From the human T2T-CHM13v2.0 reference genome, Homo sapiens, in assembly GCF_009914755.1 (NCBI RefSeq), contig NC_060928.1: a DNA stretch of 64,000 nt; one strand, written 5' to 3'. Numbering within the stretch: the stretch's first letter is position 1; every line of letters starts with the position of its first letter. The notes below the pieces were generated by a model. It had not been told where the DNA came from, searched no databases, and was given only the letters and a program-made list of their open reading frames with translations. Shown here piece after piece: positions 51,482-64,000 of the stretch. The translations under genes were made by a program, and so were the position numbers.

Positions 51482-52982
51482 AAAAGGAAACCTATTTTTT
51501 GAGAATTTTTAAGAATCAGTTTCTTATAATGGAAGAAGTAGAATATCATTTGGAATAGGTTATTAAATGTCATGGCTACAAATAGCCCAGATCCTCGGAG
51601 CTCCCTAAATCCCATCCCAAACTTCAATTTGTAGCTAGTAAAAATCACATATTATGAGGGATGGTGGTTGTCCCTAAAGACCACATAAACTATGGTTTCC
51701 TATAGGAAATGACCAAGACTTCCAGCACTTTTAAGAAAGCATGTAAAATAAACCATTATCAAATTTAAATCTAAATATTATAACCCTAAGGAAAAATCAA
51801 CTTCACAGATTTTAAAAAAATAATAAAACTTATTTTTGTGACACAATTTCCCAGGAACTTAATCTTGGTTGAAGGATGTTTGCTAAGGATGGATGTTTGT
51901 TATACTATTTGCTCAGTAAAACAATTCCCACCAGCCAGCAGTTACAGCCTTTGTGGCTCCAGTTTTATGTAACAAGTTATATTTAAACTACCCTAGCAGC
52001 TACTGAAAATGCCATTCAGGAGCTACCTGAAAGCTGTTCCCAGGGCCTAGTCTGTGTTCCAGGTGAAAGAGTACATCAAAGACATCTTTCCAGAAATGAT
52101 GATAACTACATTTCCTTAGGGATAGTTAAAATTCTGCTATGGATAATCTGAATTATTGCCAGAAACCCTAGGATTTATGGATAACAAAAATAAAAAAAAG
52201 AGAGATTAATATTTGCTCACTTTTGAAAACATATTTTAGCTTTTATGTATATTTTGTGCTAGAATTCTAGTGCTCTTTTCTACCATTATTGAGTCAGAAA
52301 CTAGTTATCCAGAAAATTTATTCACACTTCAGCTACTAAAATCCCTCTTTTTTGTGTGCCTAAATGCCTAAATGCTAGTGGCAAGGCTTTATAGGTATAG
52401 ATCCAAGCCAATGAAGCCGGATTAAATTTTCCCTTATCCCAAAGGACGTTGTCACTGCCTTGTTTGAACATTTGGACACTTTACATTGGGTCAAAAGGCT
52501 TACAGCCTGCTTGATTTCATCCAGATGGACCATTTTAAACATAAATGGGTAGGTATAGGATGCAAAAACATTTAATTAAAAAATTGTTTGAGCTTAGATA
52601 AGCACACATAAACCAATAGGAATCATAGCTCAAACTTTATTCTTGGAATTGCTAATAGAACCATGAGGCTACAGGTGGCACCAGTAATTCTTTGCATAAA
52701 CTAAAGAACACTTCGCAGAAATGTTTAAGGACAGCAACTTAAGGAAGAGAAGTGACATTAAGTCCTACCCTCAGGGATAGAATTGTATGTTAATAATTTT
52801 CAATCTCCTTTTTTATATCTCCGAGTTTTTATTAAATAATTCTTAAAACTACTTAACAATGGGATATTGGCATTTGTGGTAAATTGGGATTAGTTACTAC
52901 TTTCTGGACAGCATTTGGAGAGATACTAAATGGTGTGCCAAGATTTTTTTAAACTACTATAAGATGTTTAGAGAAAGAAATG

Positions 52983-53103
52983 GTGTTCACTTTGGCAACA
53001 CATGCACTAAAATTGGAACGACACAGAGAAGATTAGCATTGTCCCTGTGCAAGGATGACATGCAAATTCATGAAGTGTTCAATTAAAAAAAGAAAAAAGA
53101 AAA
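52983..53103 (+). pseudogene. U6 snRNA retropseudogene
   Basis: Near full-length U6 (ctaaaattggaacgacacagagaagattagcat...aaggatgacatgcaaattc) with CpG decay, A-rich tail and probable TSD AAAGAAAT. Confidence 0.93.
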
Positions 53104-54165
53104 AAAGAAATTCATAGTTTCCAGAGGACAAACACAGTGTTGCTCTTATATTTTAATTTATTTCCTTCTTTTCTCTCTCCTTTTTTTCCTTCTTTTCTCT
53201 ATTCTTTTTTTCAAAGTTAAAAATAAACATTTGGGCTTTTTTTTTTTAAAGCTAAAACTAGTGGATACAGTCAGAGTAGGCCCGCTGTTCTCCGTCTTCT
53301 CTCTTCCATGACAGTTGAATCTCAAATGTCATGAACTAGAACTCACTTTACTTGGATAATGGAAATTCTAGATCTTTTAATCCCGGCCTCCAAATCCCTA
53401 CCTCTTTGAAAAAAATGTGTTTTATATAAACATATGCACACTCTCATGTGCCCAAGGATATAGGCCTATTTTTCATCCTGTTCTCTTCAAGTCTTTTTAG
53501 TGCTTTACGTCAGCCATTTAAGAGAAAGTCTTTGAACATAGCATCGCTTTCTGATTTAGACACGTATTTGTTCTTTTAACATCTTTGGCAATCTACTTAT
53601 ATATAGATGTACTAATACGTTGGGGCACATATTATCGTCAATTTTTCAGAATTATAATACCATTTCCTGCCTAGGTTCTACACTCAGCTCTTCGGTTCAG
53701 TACTTTTCAAAGATTCTCCCCACCATCCTCAGTTTTACACAATATATATTAGGAAGACTGCAGAAATGTTTCTCAGATGTATTTTCAATAACTTGCTTTT
53801 ATTGGAAAATAAATATCGTCAGCAATCCATTGAACCCACTGGTCCCTGTTTGGAAGAATGTTTTTAATGCTATGTAATAATTACGTTTCAGAAAAGTAGA
53901 GAGCTGAGGATAATTGCTCCCTCTAACCCTTGAGACTCGCTAGTGCCAATTCTTCTGATCAATAACACTATTTACAGGGATATATGCACTTTGTTGTCCT
54001 GTTGTCCTGTGTGGTAAAACTGTGAGAGATATTAGAATTTTCATTTTATAAAAGGGGAAACAGAATCACCAAACTTAATGCCCTGGGGTAGTACTGATGG
54101 AAAAATATTTCAAATAAACTAACTACTCGTGGCCAATCCGAATCTATAAAATTTCTTTCTTCTAA

Positions 54166-54478
<313 letters not shown>

Positions 54479-54756
54479 CTTTTCTTCTAATTTTTTAAGA
54501 GCACTTTTTGAGCTAGATTGAAAAACATGTGCTATATTTTATATCTCCTTTAGAAATTTTAAACATTTTCAAATGGCAATCTTTGGTATTCTATATGCTA
54601 TTTCAGTATATAATTTATCACTCCCGAAAGAAAAATGTGTTGATTTTATGTTTTAACTGGAAAATTGAGTTCTGAGACATTAATGGAACTTTAGATTTAA
54701 AAAGCAATAAAAACAAGATACTGATTTGTGTGCAAGGCTAATGCTTACTTGAAAAT

Positions 54757-56800
54757 TGTGATCTGGGAAAAAAAAAATCTCAAAAGTGACTATTGTTGGA
54801 TATTTTTCCTTACACACATAACAAGGTTTAAAGAATAATTATTATATGGAGTTTTTCAGCTTCAAGGCTAGCCTCTGAATGTTTGCGGATTCCATAGATC
54901 TGCAAATAATTAGCTGACAATGCTGGAATGCAGAAACAGGTCTGTCAGCAGCATTGGTGTTAAGCACTGAGGGAGAATCAAAGGCCAGCAGAGGTACAAA
55001 TGAACTCACTCAGGCAAAGACCTCAGTCTCTCCTTTATCTACACTCCATAGGTAATGTCAAAAAAGTTTCTCAAATATCTATATGGACTGAATTAAGGAA
55101 TAACTTAAGAATCTTGTACTTACATAAAAGTCATCTTGTCATTTAACCTGAACGTTTTAAATGATTGCATTTTCATGACTACCAAAATATTTGTCCACTC
55201 TAAGAGAAAATTCACTGGGTAGAGGCAGAATATTCTCAATGCATAATTTTTAGTAATTTAGCTTTTGGAATCTTGCTCCTACCTATATAGAAGATTTATA
55301 AGTGGAAAAGAGTAAAATTCAAATGAATTTTACCCCATAGTCATTACAGAGATGTAAGGGTTTAACTAAATTTTATTAATCTGACGCTTTGTCACAAATG
55401 TGTTTGCATTACCACAGTGCATTTCTGCAACTCAAGAGATAAGTAATGTTGGAAGATGGTACTTATTCTTGAGAATAAGTTCTGTTTCATTCTTTATCCT
55501 TCTCTGACGAAAACTGAAGTTAATGTTTCTCTCTCTGAGTCCCTGTTCTCTTAGATCTCTTAGTTATTTCCAGGATACGTCAAACAAGCCTAAAACTGTT
55601 ATGTAGAATGTCTGTTTTTATGTAACAAAGGACTGGAAATCTAGTTATACGTAGAAGAGGACTTGAGACCCTAAAATACACATTTATTCATTTGGAGACT
55701 TCATTCAGCTTTCCTTTCTTCAGGTTATGCCTACTTCTGTCTCACGATATATTCAAGGGAACCAGATAAGCAAGGAACACATGATTCCCTAGTTTTTAAT
55801 AGGCCACACACAGCATCAGAATTCTTCTAGGCACATTTTACTTTCTAGGCACATTTTACTAAGCAAAATCCTAACTTTAAAAACTATACATGAAATGCTA
55901 TGATGACTAAAACACCTAAACAGGAAATTTGAAAACTTATAAGCTAAATAATTACTTCACCTGCTGTCACTGATTTGAATGATACTGTATTTTTTTTAAA
56001 AAAATCCTTTTAAATGAATTAGTATTCAAGTATTAAAACAAGCTCTGAAAACTAAATTATCTACATATGTTACAGATTGCAAAATCACTAATAAGGTTAT
56101 CTAATAAATTTCAACATGCAAGTAATTCACTTTAAGTGACATCACATGACACTTATAAATTCCATTTTTTATTAGTCCAGTGAAGCAGTGGGAGTGGCAA
56201 TAAACTCTTATGACTAGAAATAAATTAGGCTTAGTTTTCATTCTCATGTTTCCAGTAACAAAGGCTTCTGAAAAACAAAACACAGAAAACCTCAAAGTGA
56301 CTAAATTTGGACAAAAAAATAAAATAAAGTTTTGTATTTTTACTTTACCAAACCTTTACAATATTTAAGGTTAATATTTTTCAGTCAAATAATAAATACT
56401 TTTCATTAGTAAAAAGTATACTTTTTGGGTATATTCACCTGTTGATCTAGTTTCACCTCTAGATTTTCTGGTGAAAAGAATGTGTAACTTTAATGTAAGA
56501 AACAAATGCTCCAGAGGTTATCTTAAGAAATCAAAATAAAAGACCTTAACAATTTTTAGAAAAATATATATTCAAAGAAAAATACGTATGGTCAATCAAC
56601 AAATAGATTATAGACCTGTTTCTGCATTCCAGCATTGTCAGCTAATTATTTGCAGATCTGTGGAATCTGCAAACATTCAGAGGCTAGCACTGAAGCTGAA
56701 AAACTCCATATAATAATTAAATTATTCTTTAATCCTTGTTATGTGTATAAGGAAAAATATCCAAGAATAGTCACTTTCAAGATTTTTTTTCCAGATCACA
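54757..56800. repeat. Inverted duplication, arms 54757-54943 and 56612-56800
   Basis: ~187-bp reverse-complement match, >90% by eye; spacer ~1.67 kb. Confidence 0.93.
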
Positions 56801-57029
56801 GATATAACTTCTATCCTCTTTTGTTGTTAATTTATAGCTACTTCTAATGTTATCTTGGACTGTTTTTTTCTTATTCTCAATAAATGTATTACATTGAGTA
56901 GATTAATGTTTTCTTAATTATCATTAAAATATTTAAATCTGTTAGACATACAAATTTATTTGCCTGCTATGAAAGAAGACATGATGTATCACTGTTTTAA
57001 AAATTATAATACATTTGGTAGTTTTAGTC

Positions 57030-57292
57030 ATTTTTTAGTTTTTGAGACAGGGTCTGGCTCTGTTGCCTAGGCTGGACTGCAGTGGTGCGATCTCAGCTTA
57101 CTGCAACTTCTGCCTTTCAAGCTCAAGCCATCCTCCCACCTCAGCATCCTGAGTAGCTGGGACTACTGGCACACACCACCACACCCAGCTAATTTTTGTA
57201 ATTTTTAGGTGGAGATGGGGTTTTCACTACCTTGCCCAGGCTGGTGTCGAACTCCTAGGCTCAAGCAATCCACTTGCCTTAGCCTTCCAAAA
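57030..57292 (-). mobile_element. AluJ
   Basis: Diverged reverse Alu. Confidence 0.88.
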
Positions 57293-57389
57293 GTTTACTC
57301 ATTTCTAACAAAGTAGTTATAATGTCTACAGTAATCATCTATAGCAATGGTTCTCAGACATTTTGTTGTCAATAATATTACTATTATTA

Positions 57390-57660
57390 TTATTTAATTT
57401 TATTTCAATAGATTTAAGGTACAAGTGGTTTTTAGTTACTTGAATTTATTGTGGAGTGGTGAAGTCTGGGCTTTAAGTGTACCCATTACCTTAATGGTGT
57501 ACATGGTACCCAACAGGTAATTTTTCATCCTTCAACCCCTCCCACACTCCCCACTTCTGAGTCTCCAATGTCTGTTTATACCACTTCGTATGCCTTTGCG
57601 TATCTACAGCTCAGCTCGCACTTATAGGTGAGAACATGTGGTATCTGGTTTTCTATTCAA
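57390..57660 (-). mobile_element. L1MA 3' UTR fragment
   Basis: gtgaagtctgggctttaagtgtacccattacc...cacttataggtgagaacatg. Confidence 0.75.
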
Positions 57661-57749
57661 TATTATTGTCAGCTGCACAAGATTTTCTGGGCAAGCTGAT
57701 GCTTTAGATCCTTGCTACACAAAGTTCCATTGAATTAGCTATTCATTAA

Positions 57750-57903
57750 TCAGTGCGTCTCAAAACTTTAATGTGCATTTGATTCCCTTGAAGATCTTGT
57801 TAAAATGCAACTTCTAATTTAGTAGATCTGAGATTCTGCATTGTTTCAGAATGCTCTCAAGTGACATCATGGTGCTAGGCCACAGACTACACTTTAAGTA
57901 GCA
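57750..57903. mobile_element. MER5A-like DNA element
   Basis: tctcaaaactttaatgtgcat...cacactttaagtagca-like ends. Confidence 0.6.
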
Positions 57904-58379
57904 ACATTTTAGATTATCATTAACCTTTTTCAAAGCGGTTTCTTGAAAGCTGTCTAAAAAGGGGGAGATAATTGAAAATATATTTTTTAAAGATGTGTAG
58001 GAACTCATTGACAAAAGGAGTGTTCTGAAGTAATATAATATCTAGGCAATATTTTGGCAAATTTCTCCACCCTTTGGGAAACTTAGTTTGTCTTGATGTA
58101 AATTTTGCCAATAAATCATTAGCAATAATTTTTTTTCACAGTTTATTTAATTAAGGTTTTCTACATGAGATTTGAGGAAAGGAAGAACATGAAGATGCAG
58201 TCTATAATTCCTAAAAGAGAAATTTGCCAAAATTTGTCTAAATTTTATAGCATTTCAAAGTACTGAATTTGTTTCAAAAGGTTTTGTCTTTTTAATTTTT
58301 TGTTTAACATTATTAATTGGTGAATTCAGCATCTGAACTGTGATTACTACTATGGAAGACCACTTCAGTACACATAAAA

Positions 58380-61280
<2,901 letters not shown>

Positions 61281-62019
61281 GAATCCTAATTTGTTAGAGT
61301 AAGATAATTGAATATAAGCAAATATAAGATAATTGAATATAACCCTACTTCACAGAGTTGTTGGGAAGAGCAAATGTTTAATAAATAAATAAAGATTGTA
61401 TTTTTTTAGTCATTTTCATATTTCTAAGGCCTGCCATGTTGTAAGAAATCAAGTATTAATTATAATCAGTTAATAATGCATTTAATAACTGTTTACTAAT
61501 TGCTTACAATATGCCGGGGCTGCATAGTATAAAGGTGACTAAAGCACAACCTCTGCCCTCCAAGAAAGCACAGTCTAGTGAGGTGCAATATCTCAGTTCC
61601 CTCCATTCGGCTTCTGATCACAGGTCACCAGACACTACAGAGAAACCCCCACCTTCACTCCTTGCTGACATCCTCAAAAGACTCTGAGAGGGTGGCAACT
61701 CTGTTATCATAAATTTACAGAAGTATCCAGCTTATGGGCTAATTCTCAGTGGGCTTAGAACTACTTAATGCTTGAATTTGCTTACCCAAAATATAAGCGA
61801 ACTTGAATCATTTCCTCTGAAAAATCCTCAACTAGCCCATCAGGAGATGCACTATTTCTATTGGCCGGGTGGTGTTCAAACCACCATGTGTAAAATAAAT
61901 TCTGTAGCATCACTTCTCATTCTGTTCTTTTTCTTCAGTTTGCAAACTTAATTTATTCACAACTGCCGAAAATGTTACTGCGGTGATGATTTTAAATCTG
62001 AATTCCTTCAATAATGAGA

Positions 62020-63010
62020 AATGAGTAGATATACACCTCTTGGTTCCCCCTCTACCTCCCCTATCAGTCCTTGTGTGCCTCCTTTGCAGGTTCCCCCTAA
62101 TGCTGGAGCGCCTGGGACTCAGTCCTTCCACCTCCTCTCTATCGGTACACATTCCCTTGGGGATCGCTTTTACCTTGTTACTTTGGCTTTAAACAACATC
62201 TGTAAACTGATGAGTCACAAATTTGTATCTCTAGCCTAGACCTCTTTTCTGCTCAGCATGCCTACTTCAAAGTCAAATCTAAACTTAATTCCTGATCTTG
62301 CTTCCAAAACCTCATCCACCCACCACCTTCCCTTCAAAGTTGTTGGCAACTCCATCTTTCCAGTGGCTCAAGAAAAACCTCTTTCTCTCATAACCCATAT
62401 CCAAACTGTCAGCAAATCTTGTTGGCTGTAGCTTCAAAATACACCCAGAATTTGATTACATTCCTTAAACTTCCACTGCCACCACCCTGATCCAAGCCAC
62501 CATCATCTCTCACCCCAGAGTATGGCAATAATTGATCATATCATTCATTGGCTCAAAATCTTGTAATGATGCTATTTCATTTAGACCAATAGCCAAAATT
62601 CCTACAATGACTAACAGAGCCAAACGTCTTTCACCCAGCCTCTTGATCTTCTTTTCCGTATCTGTCTCTAAGGCCCTTGACTACACTGTTCTTCCAGCTG
62701 TTTCTGAAATACACAGAGGGGTTCCTGCTTTAGGTTGTTCTACTGGCTGCTGTCATTGCTTGGACGACTCTTTTAGTTAATAATATTCACATACATCACT
62801 CCTCATCTCCCTCAAGTACTTACTCAATGTCGCCTTCTTAATAAGCTTTACGCTCACCACATCATTTAAATTTCAATCTCCTCTTTACCTCAGTATTCCT
62901 GATCCTCCTTGCAAAGTTTTATTTTTTTATATCATGCATGCTAACATGCCATACATTTTCTTCTTTATTATATTTTGTTATTTATTGTCTATCTCTGTCT
63001 GCAAGAAGGT
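62020..63010 (+). mobile_element. L2 fragment
   Basis: caaatttgtatctctagcctagacctc...caccaccctgatccaagccaccatcatctctc; boundaries approximate. Confidence 0.7.
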
Positions 63011-63149
63011 AAACTTGGGGATATGGGAAGAAAGAGTATATTAGTCAAGGTTTACAGAAACACAGACCAATAGAATATAGATATAAACACAGATACAAAA
63101 GGACATGTATATATATATGTATGTATGTATTTAGAGAGTAAAGTGCAGA

Positions 63150-64000
63150 TTTCTTTTCTTTTTTTTTTTTTTTTGAGACAGAGTCTCACTCTGTCAGCCA
63201 GGCTGGAATGCAGTGGCGTGATCTTGGCTCACTGAAACATCGGTCTCCCAGGTTCAAGCGATTCTCCTGCCTCAGCCTCCTGAGTGGCTGGAACTACAGG
63301 TGCGTGCCACCATGCCCGGCCAATTTTTGTATTTTTAGTAGAGAAGAGGTTTCACCATTTTGGCCAGGCTAGTCTTGAACTCCTGACCTCAGGTGATCAG
63401 CCCGCCTAGGCCCCCAAAGTGCTGGGATTACAGGTGTGAGCCACCGCGCCTGGCCTAAAGTGCAAATTTCTTACATGCATATACTGCACAGTGGTGAAAT
63501 CTGGGCTTTTAGTGTACCCATTACCCAAATAGTCAACATTATACCCAATAGGTAATTTTCAACCCTCACTACTCTCCCACCCTCCCACCTTTTGTTGTCC
63601 CTAATGTCTATTACTCCACTCTGAATGTTCATTTGTACCTATTGATTATCTCTCACCTATAAGTGAGAACATACAGTATTTGTCTTTCTGTTTGTCAGTT
63701 AGTTCACCTAGGATAATGGCCTCCAGTTCCATCCATGTTGCTGCAAAAGACATGATTTCATTCTTTTTTATGGGCTAAGTAATCCATGGTGTATACATAC
63801 CACATTTTCTTTATCCAATTATCCATTGATGGACACTTAGGTTTAATTCCATATCTTTGCTATTGTGATCATTGTTGCGATAAACATATGAGTATAGGTA
63901 TCTTTTTGATATAATGATTTTTATTTTTTTTTTTTATTTTTTTTGAGACGGAGTCTCGCTCTGTCGCCCAGTCTGGAGTGCAATGGCTCGATCTCAGGTC
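63150..64000 (-). mobile_element. AluSx (63150-63455), L1MA 3' UTR (63456-63920), partial Alu (63920-64000)
   Basis: Sequences read directly; TSD taaagtgcaRatttctt around the first Alu. Confidence 0.88.

Noticed and set aside
52983-53103. Functional U6 snRNA gene
   Set aside because: Many substitutions, an A-rich tail instead of the T-run terminator and a probable TSD indicate a retrocopy
55825-55860. 18-bp tandem duplication TTCTAGGCACATTTTACT (similar small one near 61300-61342)
   Set aside because: Ordinary slippage duplications
58170-58200. gaggaaaggaagaacatgaag as the last SMIM31 coding exon
   Set aside because: No suitable acceptor and it does not continue into the Glu/Lys-rich tail I recall for SMIM31

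Overview
Primate (most likely human) repeat-rich genomic DNA with >35 Alus, L1, L2, MaLR, MER and SVA elements. The one recognisable gene is the + strand microprotein gene SMIM31 (formerly LINC01207), identified from recall of its peptide. It has a putative non-coding exon 1 ending at 20101 and a coding exon at 36115-36251 ([37 protein letters not shown]-); the last exon was not found and is presumably beyond the window. Upstream lie a MER11 solo LTR interrupted by an L1PA fragment, a truncated SVA, and a 5'-deleted, pol-deleted HERV-K(HML-8)/HERVK11 provirus whose 3' MER11 LTR ends ~1.2 kb before the exon 1 donor. The most notable unexplained structures are: three local non-Alu inverted duplications inside the SMIM31 introns (a ~180-bp near-perfect hairpin with template-switch scars, a composite templated insertion, and a ~187-bp inverted pair); an overlapping out-of-frame uORF created by the exon 1-2 junction; a 174-bp ~99% identical tract shared by the two MER11 LTRs; and an open env TM frame. 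I see no clearly new biological system. Repeat family names come from recalled consensus sequences, and many repeat boundaries are approximate.
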